Shown piece after piece: positions 1 to 13,757 of a stretch of DNA of 64,000 nucleotides; the first letter of the stretch is position 1, and every line of letters begins with the position of its first letter. The DNA comes from Nitrospirales bacterium (lineage in GTDB: Bacteria; Nitrospirota; Nitrospiria; Nitrospirales; UBA8639), in assembly GCA_965203295.1 (NCBI GenBank), contig CBDBCZ010000017.1:832001-896000 (forward strand), written 5' to 3'. The notes beneath the pieces are model-generated. The model was given only the letters and a program-made list of their open reading frames with translations. It was not told the DNA's origin and ran no database searches. The translations under genes were made by a program, and so were the position numbers.

Positions 1-764
1 TTTGGAAGTTGAGGCAGACTCATATCCCAGGGCCCATGGACTATCCTATGGCACAAATTTTATTAGCATAGGCGGACTATAATCCAGCGCGATTCAGTGC
101 CAAAACTTTATGACACAAAACAGGCTCGAGTAGCATTACATTTAACCGCCTGGCACCGTTGCTAGCGGCGCTAGACCCGTACACTGCTTACCAGGGTGTG
201 AAGAAAACTTCTGTCTCTGCGCACCAAAAATGGAACGTCCTCTACGCGATGATGTCATCAACTTTGGGGGAGTGGTATCAAATAATTGTAGCTCCACCCC
301 TTTTTAATAACTAATATTATAATAATGACGTCATCGGTTAAGCAATCGGTTTTGTCCGTCTGCTGTCGTCGTCGTCGTATTCTTGCATGAGTGCGCATGC
401 GCGTACGGTGCATCGCCTGTGTAAGTTGAAGAGAGACGGTTTGCGGATTTTCTGCGACGGTGCTTGAGAGTGATTTCGAATATCTAGGTGCACGGGTCAT
501 GAAGGAGCATTGCGGCCGAGAATGTGACGGCAGTTGATGATATATTACCATGCACGCTGGAACATCCAAGAGAGGTGAGTATTGTTGTATAGAAGTTAAA
601 CGGCTGTTAGCTACTTGCTGGTGTGTTTGTTCAAAAAAATAACAGGTGTACGAAACGAGTATCCAACTTCGACTGCTGCGCAGATCTTCATAAATTTTTA
701 ACTAATACTGACATATCATTGTGCATGCACATGTGTGTGGCAGCTATTTTGTCTGCTGTTTTAA

Positions 765-1696
765 GGTAGGAAGAGCCTCACCTCCGAATCCGCGTAATTC
801 TCTCATGAATAATTAATGAGATGACGTCACTCACGTGGTGTTAATTAGATTCATTGATATGTTTGCATTTTCCCATGGCGGCAACCGGAATCAACAGGAG
901 GGGTGTGTCACTTTGATGTGGATAGCGGCTCTTTCATATGCAATTTCGGCACTTTGATGGGGTTGAGCGGTACTCTGATGTTGGCTTTCAACACTTTTTT
1001 TTTTTTTAAAAAAAGAAGATATGACATCATAGAATTGCGAGTAGGCTTTTTGTGTCAGAATAGCTAGCTAGTGTGTTGTAGAAAGTTTGTTAGGCTGCCC
1101 GAGTGGCTGGAAGTCAGCCAGACTGACGGACAGTGGCAGGTTTTTGCCCATCTCAGGTAGGTTTAGAATAGTGACCTTTCGGGTCTGTAGGCCCCGCTAA
1201 TTAGTTCAAAAATCTGTGGAGATTTATAGAGAGAGCTTTGGTGGGTGGTTCTCAGAAACCGAGGGGTGAATGAAAAATCCCATACCTAAATTTTTTGTGA
1301 GTAGATTGAAGTTTATAAGGCAGGGCTCGAATTCGTCGGGGGAAGGTGGGCGGTTGCCGAATTTTTTTGAAAGTCAGGATAGCGAAAATGAGGGTTTTGG
1401 GGTGGTTGGATGCGTTCAGGGCTGTTAAACTGGCTTTGCAGCATTCCTGTGAAAAAGCATACCTACGTTTGTAGCCTGTCCTCTGTAGGTACTGGTGATG
1501 TTGCCAGACTGTGGGTGGGGCTCTGGCAGATTCCCAAATTTTTCGTTGTTTTAAGCAACCCGAAATTGCGTTTTTGTGGATTATTTAGCAGGGGGTGTGG
1601 TTAGATGCAAAATTTCTGTCAATTCGAGGTAGACTTTCATGTTCTCAACAAAGCCATGCATTTGAATCGTGGATTCCAGGTGAGGCACTTCCTACC
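765..1696. mobile_element. Non-autonomous DNA transposon, Kolobok-like (copy 1)
   Basis: Terminal inverted repeats GGTAGGAAGAGCCTCACCT...AGGTGAGGCACTTCCTACC flanked by TTAA on both sides (761-764, 1697-1700). No ORF. GG termini with a TTAA TSD fit Kolobok. Confidence 0.75.
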
Positions 1697-1734
1697 TTAA
1701 GGGAGGCTTGGATGGTCTCTGGTCATAAATTTAA

Positions 1735-2707
<973 letters not shown>

Positions 2708-4086
2708 TTAATCAAGTAAGGAGTTGTGTCCAAAAAAAAAGTGCTGCATGGCTTGGAGAGGATGCAGGTATGTGACCCAATTAATTAGTGGCTTCCCACC
2801 TCCAGACTTTTGTCTAGTCACCTCCCTAATTGTGAGAACTAAATTTATGGGTTTGCCTGTAAACTCTGACCCCACACAGCCTTTATTGCACCCATGGAAG
2901 TTCATGCCATTCATTGCCTGGTGTTTTTCACCAAAGGTTTGTGGAACACACTCGAACATGCCCTGTAGGCATGTTTCCCTCTGCATCTCGACTGCATCAC
3001 AGTTGTACGAGGATGTTCGGTGTCGACTGAGTTTGTTTTAGATACCTTCCACCATGGGCTCTCTTTGTGGTGGCACCATCGCATGCGCAGCATCTATTGC
3101 TGGCAGTCAAATCTGATACGAAATATCTGAAGTAGAATATCCATGACTTATACAGGGGTTTTCAAATCTGATATGAAATATCTGAAGTAGATTACCATAA
3201 ACATTAAATGGCCATAGCGCAGCATGAGGCATGGTTTTAACCATGTCATTGACTTGATGCAGGAGTTTTCAAATCCGATATGGAGGTACCATAAACATTT
3301 CCACCTTCTCCTCCTCCATTACCTCTTTCCTTCTTCTTTTCTCCTCATGCACCATGGCTATGTAGTTCTTCCCCATAGTTGATCTTTTGAGTTTATCTGG
3401 TGTGTCTGTACGGAAGGGGTGAGTGTTTTTCAGACGGCCATCTTTCATAAGTTTGCACATACCTTCTGAGAATTCGCAGTCTTGCATTTGTCTTTTCCTC
3501 GGTGTGCTAGTCCGTATTTCACCACACTCAGACTAGCAAATAAATTGAAAGGACAAATTTACAACATGCATGCCGTAGGTGACAATACCGAGACAATGCA
3601 CATAATTATGCCAGGACATACCTTCTCCCCGGGCTTCCACCCCAGCTTCCCCTGAACTTTCACAAATCCCGGCACAGTGGCCGGCACACTGCTATTGGCA
3701 GAGTTCGAGCTAGTCATGTCTGCGATCACGACCACATCAACGCCAACACCTCGAATTCTCCATGGAGCTCCGGCCGGCCACGCGATGCCACGCGTCGCGT
3801 ACACTGCGCGCACGCATGCGCTGCTTGCCAAGAACAGCACGTGACCACTCCATCAGCGACTCCTTGCTCACAGCCGCCTCTCACCAACCTTTCTGGATTG
3901 ACATGAGTTGCGAGCTATATGCACTAGGTTGCTAAGGTGCCAGAGTGACACCCGGGTGCGGAGACATGGGTCTGATGACAGCCCCGCCCACTGCCTGCCT
4001 GCTAAGCGGTCCCCGACGTGGCACAAGCCTAAGCCCTGGATCCAGGGAAGACAATAACGAAAGGGAACGTGTCCGGATCATCAAGA

Positions 4087-4177
4087 GGGTCAACTGGACT
4101 TGACGGACCGCGAACCTAACCCTACCCTAATTCTCGCGCCTAACAATTTTTCGCGGACTGTCAAGTCCAGTTGACCC
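4087..4177. mobile_element. Small hairpin MITE with internal CCCTAA-like repeat
   Basis: Arms GGGTCAACTGGACTTGACGGACCGCGA / TCGCGGACTGTCAAGTCCAGTTGACCC around cctaaccctaccctaa. Confidence 0.55.
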
Positions 4178-4369
4178 GGCTTCAGTCTTAGCTTACCTGT
4201 TTTGTTTTGTAGTTCTTTGCAGTCTCTACTTAGAGTTTAGCATTGCTTACACATAGCTCAGGCATAGATAATATACGTATATTATTTATCTCACTATAGT
4301 CTACTGTCACGTGGTAGATGCTCAACAAAGTGCTTTGGCTGTTGAAAGAACATGGTGTGCACACATGCT

Positions 4370-4597
4370 ATGCACTTTTCCCCACTGTGATGGTCAATTT
4401 TCAGCACAAAAGTTGAGGCCTGAATGTAGAGCCTCCATGTGGCTAAGTCAGTAGCACTACTGTCGTTGGCAGATGCTAAATGTTCCATAATCACATCACA
4501 TGGAGGTAGCACTTTTCATTTCTATCCGTAGACAGAGCGAGCGAGTTCAAAAAGCACAAGTAGTTGCACGAGCGAAGCGAGCGCAACTACTTGTATG
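4370..4597. repeat. Dispersed repeat ending in a GCGAAGC-loop hairpin (homologous to 20030-20228)
   Basis: Colinear similarity with 20030-20228. Both end in acaagta..tgc.cgagcgaagcgagcgcaa.tacttgt. Confidence 0.6.
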
Positions 4598-5605
4598 ACT
4601 TATGCAGTCTTGACCACCCTGTCCGCTTGGCCCAGAGGGACCTGCAGCTCCAGGGGTTCCAGCTTCTCTTTACACTTACCGGTGTCAAATTGTGGCTGAT
4701 TTCATCATCCTAGCGGGTGCGTGGTCCACCTGATAAAGAACAGGAGGAATAACACAATAAAAGAACAAATGGCATTTACAGGCCTATAAGTTGATTTGCA
4801 GGCTGCTATAAAGTGAGTCCACCTCACCACCTGGAAGCGTACAAGGAGTGATGCAATCTTTCAGTTCATAACTTTAGTGAAGACGCGGGCTGTGGCTTTG
4901 ATGTTATCTTTACGCTGGGATTTTTCTTGGCCAGGAAGTTTAACGAGTAGGCTTAAAAGAAGGATTTATATTAGCAATGCCATTGTGGACAGAAACGTAA
5001 GTTTATCGAGACACCCTCCGACCTGCACACGAACAGGCCTCTGGACACCCTAGCTGTATGGCAGAGGGTAGAGGGACTGCTAGCGTTCAATGTTCTTTGA
5101 AGCTCCTTGGGTTCAAGTGGGCTCATCTGAAGCAGTGGTTTGAGTGGGTCATCTGAATACTGTAGAAGAGAAAATAAAATTAAGGCTTTGCTAATCAGTG
5201 TGCTTGTGTGTTTTTTGTCCTTTGTCCTATTGCCTGTGACTATTTCATGTTCAACTGATAAAAATTGCTAGCGGTGCCTAGCTGGCTTGGTAAAAAAAAA
5301 AACTGAACAAAAACTAATCATAGTAGACATGAAAAAAAGCAACGTACATGTATCAGTAGTTATTATTATTGAAAGAATGACTTAGGCTAGACCAAGGCAG
5401 CATTTGGCAATAAGCAATAACAAGAATACATAATACATGTACATATAATAGTACTAGTGCATAGAACAAATGAGTAGTAGTTATGACTCTGCGAATGAGC
5501 ATCAGGTAAACACCAAAATGTGCGTGTGCTGTAAAGTGTAGACTGTTTATCAGCCAGGCCACATCCATCTAATAAATACTTTTCCATTGGTGACTATACT
5601 GTCAT

Positions 5606-7892
5606 TCATACTGTCCCACATGCTTCAAATTCGGGAATTAAAATATTGGAACTGTTTGTACTCCTATTGCATATGACCAGTTCATGATCGGCTGGTAAGT
5701 GTATATCGCTGGCGGAGATAACACTCTGTTTAAAGTTATTATTCAACGTATATGTACGGTTTCTTTGCCTCTGTCGGAAAAAATGGCCAGCTAAGGTGAT
5801 TATACTGGCTCCACAGATAACAATACTGGTAAGTAATGTTGCTCCAACAATCCAAACCAATCTTGGAACTTTGTAGGGTTCAGTGCTATTGCTTGGGGTT
5901 TCAGCGACAGGTGATGGGGAACTATAGCAGGTCCCAAAACTGAGTACGGTGCAGTCATGCTGTGCAGTTGGGTGAGGTGTAGGCACATCAGGTGTGGTTG
6001 TCACTAGAAGAAATGAAAAGAAATCCTCCTAGAATAGGACACTGGTTTAGTACATAGGTGTTGTATGCTATATAGTGCTCTGAAAATGAAAATATCCATA
6101 GGTTAGCTTTCTACATGCACAAGTGTTGAATAAAGCTCTTGGCAAAAGCACCTGCATGGACATGCAGAACTAATGCCTGTATTGAAGAAAAAGGTTTAGC
6201 ATTAAAACTCGCATGCATAACCATTTTAATGATGAATGCTATATTGCCATGCATGTGCAAATGAAACACATAGATATGCACTGAAGGTAATGGAATTCAG
6301 CGCTACTTTCTGGTGGCTAACATGCACAATTTATATCTATCATATAAGTTAACTCACCAAAGTTTACAAATATTTGAGGTACCACAGCATAGATTGTGGT
6401 CGCCATCTGTGCACACTCAGATATTTCACATAACTGCGTATGCTCTGAAGTTGAATAGTCGTACATATCCACAACATCTGAGGATTCGTTACTGAATGTA
6501 GCATTCGTGAAAGCAATTCCAAGGGGCGCAAGAGATGATGAATGAAATGGAGCAGTGAAGAATCCTACAACATCACCTGGCTGAAAATGTATCCGATTTT
6601 CTCTACCCATTTTTTGCCGAAACTCGAAATAACCTATATTAGAATCTGTGGTACTTGTGACGATAGTGTCGAGTTCATGTGGAGAGAAAACAAGGTAGTC
6701 ATCACCAACACAGTGGTAGCTAGCCTTTTCATCCCTTCTCCAAGTTTGAAAGTGTACAGCATGTGATAGTAACTTGAATCGTGTGTCCACAACAGCTACG
6801 GCACTCCAGTTTGTAATGTATCCGTAACAGGTAAACTTCATCCCAGGGATTATGACTTGATGGCCTAGTGAGGATCCAACTACATGCTCCACATGCTGTA
6901 GCCCTTTCTTCTTAAAGCTTGCTTGCTTACTCAGGCCTGTGATGCAAGTGTCTGTCTGTCCTGAAGCTGCAAGAAAAGTATAATGGAAATAACTTTAGAC
7001 GCAACGGACGTCCCAATGCCACTTAACAAAAACAGTACACACAGAGTACTTGTACGGACATGACTAAACAGCTCCTCTTACTGTAAAAGTGATCATATAG
7101 GTAATACAGAAGTAGTGCTAAGTTTGAGACATTAGAGGTCCACTCTATGTGCATCCAATAGCCATAAAGCTGCAGTAAATGCTCCACTAAATATATTACA
7201 TACTTGCCTATATATAGGCCTGCAGATTAACCTTTAATTTCACCCACTGTAAAAGGTATGGGCCCTTTGGTTCACAGGTATACAATTTCTTTCATCTTTT
7301 CCCTTGTATATATATGAGGACTCAAATAAACCAAAAAATACTCCAAAAGCTGTTGAACATGTAACGAGAAAGAAGACAGTTCACAGTGCTATATTCGTTC
7401 TGCGCCTGCATTACTCTTCCAGCCATTTTACATACTGTTTAGAAGGTGTGGCCTGTAATTGAATCAAGGATAGCTGGTTAGGTGCATTCTTTATTCCGTC
7501 ACAGAAAAATAATTGAGGGGTTAGAACCTAAACGTAAAGGAACTTGAAGACTGTTCAACTTGGAAAACTAACACAGATCTATTGCAACCTGCTATAAGTA
7601 AGGGTTATATCAGTTGTGGTAAGGCTGGTCTAGGTCCATTTATTGAATCTATATACTACTGCATGTCATGTTGTGCTAGCCTGCATGAGAATAGGCCTTT
7701 CTTTATTTTCTTTCAATCAGCTAAATTGAACCAGTGACAAATTTGAATGTGACAAATCTCTGCTTCTTGATGTAATCAACTTGAACACACCAGCATGCTA
7801 AAAGTTAGCTGCACTAAATTTACTTCAACGAAGTCCTCACCATAATGTATCACAATGAGTAAGAGGTGAACAGCAAGCAGACATGCAGCCAT
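5606..7892 (-). CDS. Uncharacterised type I single-pass membrane protein, 3 exons (7841-7892, 6358-6966, 5606-6003), ~352 aa
   Basis: Exon 1 MAACLLAVHLLLIVIHY is signal-peptide-like. Both introns are GT-AG phase 1 and join in frame. The ectodomain has F-x-C-x-G-x-I-x-x-W / FQTWR / GDVVG motifs, followed by a Thr/Pro/Ser stalk, TM LVWIVGATLLTSIVICGASIITLAG and a basic stop-transfer RQRQR. Confidence 0.75.
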
Positions 7893-9224
7893 TTCAGTTC
7901 TCTCGATACACAGTAGTCATAGACAATGGAATAGCATATACGGCATATGACATCATGAACATATGATCATTGGCACATTGAGAGCACAATGTCGTACTAC
8001 AAACACTACAACATCAGTGCTTATGCAGCCACTGATGAACTACTTGTGTAGTAACTGGTTTACACTGGAATTTACAGATGCATGAATTTCATCTGATTGT
8101 CAAGTTTTCAGTAATATTATCTGCCAGCAAGCTTAAGCTTAACTAGGAATACGCAAGCGAAATATGCCTCGCGTAGCTTTTTTTGCATTATTTGTGGCAG
8201 GTTGGGTATTGGTGAATTGTGGTGCATGCATGGTAGTGTTAGGTGGCTTGAGTATATTTATTATGCGAGTGGAGTATGCATGCATTCGCACTGGGGTGTA
8301 ATTGGTATCTAGGGCATTGGGGTTATGGTTGAGTGCTCACATGTCATGTAGATCTGTGTACCTATCTGCTAATAATATGATATCTACTGTGTGTTCGTGT
8401 ATTGGCGTGTAGCAGCTGCATGAGTATGCATTGTGCATTGCATGAGTATGTTCATTGTATACAATGGCAGTTAGCTAGTTACTTTATCTGGCATGCTGGC
8501 TTGAAATACCGTTGCTTATTACGTTGTGGGGAAAGTTGAGCCTGGTACACGCTGTTCGCGCATACGCAAGAATTTACGGAAAAGAGTCAGTAAACGTATC
8601 CGTGAATGACCTCAGCCACGTGGTAAGGAGTAGTACGGAGCAGCATAGTAAGCGGAAGAGTTAGAAACTAGCTCATTCTGTCCTCCAACCTCAGAAAGCT
8701 TTAAAACCAGTTTAAAAATAGCAATAAGACCTGTACCTTTCTATCCGCTAGGATTATGGTATATGTCTTAGCGGAAAAATTCTGAAGCGCCTCCCTTTTG
8801 GTAGTGACTCGATTTTCGATCGCATATCTCAGCTTACAGTAAAGCTACACAAACTCTACAAACCTGGGAGCTGTAGTAAGTCTCCCTTGATAAAACTTCA
8901 TGACAAATTTGTCCAGACCTCTGACTTTGTGCCCGCCACGACTTCGAAGACGGCACCCAACAAACTGCCAGATACGCCATTTTGAACACGTGCCTTGCGG
9001 AGGTGCGAGCAAACTTTATAGAAATATAGATATATATATACATATTTGTACCATAATGCACCTCTACATGAAAGGCACCGCCCAGGGTATATCAGCCATA
9101 CACCCTAGCGGCTTGTTTGAACTGTCAATATACCCTAGGGTATATGGTTGCCAGGCAACTAATGCTTCTCCATTAGCGCTTGTCATAACTAACAGGTTTG
9201 TAATTGTATTATGGTACAAGTCAC

Positions 9225-9362
9225 CTGTACCATGGGTTTCTAGGGTGTATGGGTTTGTACTCTTCGTGCAGTTATATGTATTCCCTCGGGCTGCGCCCTC
9301 GGGAATACATATAACTGCCCTCAGAGTACAAATCCCATACACCCTAGAAACCCATGGTACAA
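9225..9362. mobile_element. Palindromic repeat centred on CCCTCGGGCTGCGCCCTCGGG
   Basis: Long inverted arms gtaccatgggtttctagggtgtatggg / cccatacaccctagaaacccatggtac. Same core type as 40530-41140. Confidence 0.6.
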
Positions 9363-10691
9363 CTATTACATAGATATATATATAGATATATATATACATA
9401 TATATAAACGCTAGCTGAGAATGTTGAGCCCATAGCACGCGATTATTGGCCTCGCTGCGCTCGGCAATTAGTAAGCAGATGTAGCAGGAAATGTTCATAC
9501 GCATATTCATATGAACACAACTTTGACTATGATTAGAAGATTTCTCTAGAGTAGTCCATACTGACAGACAATGACGACGACAACTGCAGACAAAGGATTG
9601 AAAGATTGTTAGTTGTCCATGTAGTGCAGTACAGTTTTAGCACCCCGGTCCATTGCAATCATCGTATGGCTTCTGCTATGATCTAAGGGGCCGACCTTAG
9701 TCTGAAGGAAAGGACCAGCTTGTATTAGAAGTGGGTATTCCGGAACATACCTAAGAACAAGTTATCGGCCTTCTGGTCTGAGGTAAAAGGGGTTCTTGAT
9801 GTCAACTTTCATCATTAGGGCTGAGGCTTTGCCATCAGCTTGTATAGGCAAAAAGGAAGGATTGCTAGTTGTCCATGTATTGCAGTACAGTTTGGCACCC
9901 TGGTCCATTGCCATCATTGTATGGCTTCTGCTATGCAATTGAAGATGTAAGGGGCCGACCTTAGTCCAGGATCAGCTTGTAATAGTAGTGGGTATTTCGG
10001 AACATACGTAAGAGCGAGCTATCGATCACCTAGTCTGATTACAGAAGCAAGAGGTGTTCTTAAGCTTGATGTCAACCTTCAACTTTAGATAATATAATTC
10101 TTTGCCATAAGGTGGATGTGGTTTGTAGGAATGTTCTAGGGCAGGGGCATGTCCCCCCCTCAGAATTGCTAAACAAATTCCGTGCTTCGCGTGGTTGCAT
10201 TGCCCTGCCCTATGTACCTGTGCACAAGCAACTACCCTACTCTGGCTACGCCACTGTCAATTTATGTAATGAAATCAATATGTAGGGGAAGACTTTACTT
10301 ACCAATCTAGCCTGCTTAACAAAGTCTTTCAAATTTTTGGCCTGCTGGCTGAAAAAGGAACCAGTACACTTGTATAGGGAATTAGGCTACCTAAATTGAC
10401 CCCGACAAATTTGCATATATAATAGACGTATAAAAATGAATTACAATGCAGTCGACCAAAATATATTTGGTTGATGGCTTTTGCAGTTTGTACAGGTTCA
10501 TATACGTGTACATGTACAGTAGCAGTCACCTGTTCAAAAATATGAACAAAACAGGGAAATACATGATGTTGTGTATTGTTATAAGAACATTTTATAATCA
10601 TGTGGAGGACTGTTGTGTTCTAAACAGGCTGAGCAAGCACCATGCGGTCGACATTCGAACCCTGAAGTGCACCCCAACATTGCTGCGAAAG

Positions 10692-11744
10692 CTATACAAA
10701 TGCCTGCCACGGGAGGGCAGCTATTCCAAACAATACTATAGTAGCAGTCAGTGCGTACATGATCCATCTCAAGGGTAGCTCCCCCTGAAATAAATTAAAA
10801 GCAAGGAGAGCGGAAACAGTTTTTGAAGTTGCAGGCCAAATGCTAAAAATGGCAACAGCCGTAACCACAACTATAATCTGTAGTAAGTATGCCGCTCTAG
10901 AGTTTTGCGAAGCCACTGCAATGAGAATTGGGAAAACTATCTTCATGGCAAACGGCACCGCATGGAAAACACCCACGGCTATTCCAAATCCTCGAAAGAA
11001 AGCTGCTCCTTGGAACTGGTAGCACACCACTTCGGGCTCTTCCTCACGAGACGCAAACTGAAGGCAGTCCACGTATTCACTTGAATTGATGTCAAAGCAG
11101 GCATAGTTTGCATCCTCCGGATTTAGGTCGCTACAGCTGAAGGTTTTACTGTACAGAGCATTGTCCCAAAACACTACAATAGAGAGACAAGTGGCCAGAA
11201 TCAATACTGTCAGGAAATACACATACACCCACACTTTGTAGCGAGTCTTCTGAGGCTCCATTCTTCCAGCAAATAGCATGACGTCTGCAGACTTCTTCCT
11301 GACTTGTGCAGATGTGGGTGGTATGATAGCTTCTTCCGTGTCATGGGAAGAAGAGTCCCCTGTTGTTTTCAGGTTCTCTTCCCCGTCTGAGTGTATCGGT
11401 GATTCTGCAGATTTCAAGGTTTGTAGAGTCTGCTGTATTTGCAGTACCATCTTTCGTAGGACTCCAGTTTCTTCTGCTACAGTGTCTAATCCATGGTTGG
11501 TGTCAGCTTCAACTGCTTGTAGCTTAGCAGTACCTGTAAACACAGTTACGACTGCAAAACGACACACAGCGTAGCAGCTGCGTTTAAAGGTCATCCACCG
11601 AGAGGTGGCATTGCTGTGCTTCATGTAGCCAGTGAGCAAACAGGAGCTCAGCAGTACGAGTGGCAGCACCAGCCACAGAGGGATGAGAGGAATCAGATCC
11701 CAGAGCAAAAAGCTCTTCCGATTCATTGAAACCACAGAACCCAT
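10692..11744 (-). CDS. Intronless multi-pass membrane protein (~350 aa), uncharacterised
   Basis: 376-codon ORF whose first ATG is at 11744. It has ~5-6 hydrophobic segments, an acidic low-complexity loop and a Cys-containing luminal loop (SCSD..ACFD..VDC..VCYQF). Confidence 0.75.
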   Translation of the reverse strand: MGSVVSMNRKSFLLWDLIPLIPLWLVLPLVLLSSCLLTGYMKHSNATSRWMTFKRSCYAVCRFAVVTVFTGTAKLQAVEADTNHGLDTVAEETGVLRKMVLQIQQTLQTLKSAESPIHSDGEENLKTTGDSSSHDTEEAIIPPTSAQVRKKSADVMLFAGRMEPQKTRYKVWVYVYFLTVLILATCLSIVVFWDNALYSKTFSCSDLNPEDANYACFDINSSEYVDCLQFASREEEPEVVCYQFQGAAFFRGFGIAVGVFHAVPFAMKIVFPILIAVASQNSRAAYLLQIIVVVTAVAIFSIWPATSKTVSALLAFNLFQGELPLRWIMYALTATIVLFGIAALPWQAFV

Positions 11745-12444
11745 TGCAGCTTTGAACTTCAAAAAAAACGTTTCCACACACTTGAAAGTAGCTACTGGCA
11801 GTGAACATACCCTCAAGCTCAATATTTTGTCTACTTTTAGGTGTCAGGTATGAGTTTGTTACTCGTGTGGTGTCTTCTAGGTTGTTTTTCTAATGGTAGC
11901 TGCCTTTGTAGATAGCAATCAGCATTGCTGCTCTGACCCCACCTTCTCTTTGAGTGACCATATATGGCTGACCCTTTATAAAGGGTGGAAGCAGCGTTCT
12001 GTCTAGACCTTTGTGTAAAGGATCATCAAAGCACAAACTATTATAGGCTTTTTACTGTATAGGTGCCAACAACATATAATCAGCTGTACATGTGTGAGTA
12101 AGTTTCATAGCTATTGTAGTTCATGTAATCTACACAGCTGTGAAGCAGGAATGCGGCAGACCAGAGCATATAGAAGTATTGTAGGTGGGCTTTAAATGGA
12201 TGAACACACGGTGGAGGGAGTCTTGTGCATGCATAATCCTAGTCATAAACTGGTGTGTAGCTTATTGGTAAGCTTCCACTGGAAAGTGCTCATTAATTAA
12301 TCACTATATTGCATGAACAAATGTTTTGGAATGGGGACCATTTCATAAACAAATTAAAAGTGAAACATTACAACAGTACATACATGTACATAATGGTTAT
12401 AATGTATTATCAACAGCTGAGGTAGGCTATATAGTAGTCAGTAG

Positions 12445-13659
12445 CTACTGAACGTAGAGTTCGATAACTTCAAGAGGCGTGTCTTCGCGGTTCCTGATCA
12501 TACCCTCTACCAATTGCCTGCCTAGTCGGAAGAAAGCACACAACCTCACGTCTATGTCATCAGTGGTGGGCTCAATCTCTCTTCTGAAGTAGGGAGGAGC
12601 GTTGAACTGGCAGCAAGTATTACCCGGCCCGCAACCCTCACCGTCCCACAGTGGGTCCTCAAAGTGAGTTCGGTTTTCTGGGTCAATGAGCTGGCTTGCG
12701 GTATCGCAGAAGAAATCTCTCCCGACATACGGGGGCACTAGTGGCAGTGGCCCTGGTGGTGTTGCTCCAGATATGCAGGGACAGGTTCTGTTCGGACTCT
12801 GGCTCTCACTCTTAGCTGCTGCAAACGTCCAGATATGGGTACGATCTCCGCACTGTCCGTGGGTGATGCTGACTCCATCGACGTACTCATCATCAATAGT
12901 GACATCGCCCACACCGGCCGGAGGATTATCAAGCTGAGCCTCATTGTAGAGCTTGAAAGCATCTGGTGCTTCGCGTTGGTACCCAATAACTCTACCGCAC
13001 ACACGAGAGTACTCCACACCTTGCACGCCATAGGGTACAGAAGCACAGCCTGGCTCCCTGCGGTTTTCAACTCGGGTGCACAATCTCCTAGAGCTGTTTG
13101 TTGGTGATGAGATTGTTATCAAGGGGGAGGGGCAGGTGTTGCATTGGGTATTGTTCATGTCGAGATTGGCCACCCTCATCCACCCCCTTGAGCCGCCGCA
13201 CCTAGTATCATTATGGACCTCCATATCGCAGTAGACCAGCACAGCATCACCAACGGTACCATCGGATGGGTTGTTTCGGATCCAGTAGTGACCAGAGTCT
13301 GCACAGGAGGTGCAGGTCTCGGCCAGATCCCGGCAGGAGTCTGCGGGATTCTCGGCTGTTCCGATACTGCAGCACGGCAGTGGAAGATTGTCCGTTTCAA
13401 AGGTGGTGCACGGGCATTCCGTTAAAGGGCATCGAGGGGTGTCGCAGCAATTGCATGTGACATTCGGCGTGGCGTTTTCTATAAGGTATCCCAACTTGCG
13501 TATGATTTTTCTCTGTGAAAATAGAATTTCTCTTGTGCACGAACACGGTTCCCTTCCGACTGTAGTGCACTCCAGGTACCGCTGGTTGTAGTAGGCATTG
13601 GCAGTGGTGAATAGGACATCGCTCGAAGCCACGAGGATTAGAAGTGCAGCAAACAGCAT
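12445..13659 (-). CDS. Intronless secreted Cys-rich protein with fibrinogen/COLFI-like SC..SGxYWI..VYCDM subdomain, copy A (404 aa)
   Basis: ATG at 13659 opens signal peptide MLFAALLILVASSDVLFTTANA. Motifs NPADSC, SGHYWI, VYCDM, CGG-GWMRVA, VCGRVIGYQ, YVDGVSITHG, HIWTFAA, DPLWDGxGC, IELYVQ*. TATA upstream. Close paralog at 37020-38234. Confidence 0.85.
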   Translation of the reverse strand: MLFAALLILVASSDVLFTTANAYYNQRYLECTTVGREPCSCTREILFSQRKIIRKLGYLIENATPNVTCNCCDTPRCPLTECPCTTFETDNLPLPCCSIGTAENPADSCRDLAETCTSCADSGHYWIRNNPSDGTVGDAVLVYCDMEVHNDTRCGGSRGWMRVANLDMNNTQCNTCPSPLITISSPTNSSRRLCTRVENRREPGCASVPYGVQGVEYSRVCGRVIGYQREAPDAFKLYNEAQLDNPPAGVGDVTIDDEYVDGVSITHGQCGDRTHIWTFAAAKSESQSPNRTCPCISGATPPGPLPLVPPYVGRDFFCDTASQLIDPENRTHFEDPLWDGEGCGPGNTCCQFNAPPYFRREIEPTTDDIDVRLCAFFRLGRQLVEGMIRNREDTPLEVIELYVQ

Positions 13660-13749
13660 CTTGACGTTTTTGGAGTGATGTTCTGGGCTGTTCGTAGCAA
13701 TCGGCAATGAAGAGAAAACTGAAGTGATTTGCAAGGAAAGTAGCCTGCT

Positions 13750-13757
13750 TATTTATA
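13750..13757 (-). promoter_or_regulatory. TATA box of secreted protein copy A
   Basis: TATAAATA on the minus strand ~90 nt upstream of the ATG, conserved at the same spacing in copy B. Confidence 0.6.

Noticed and set aside
2712..5170. Possible degraded transposase or host gene around the Kolobok-like pair
   Set aside because: There are GC-richer patches but no recognisable protein motif in any frame I could read.
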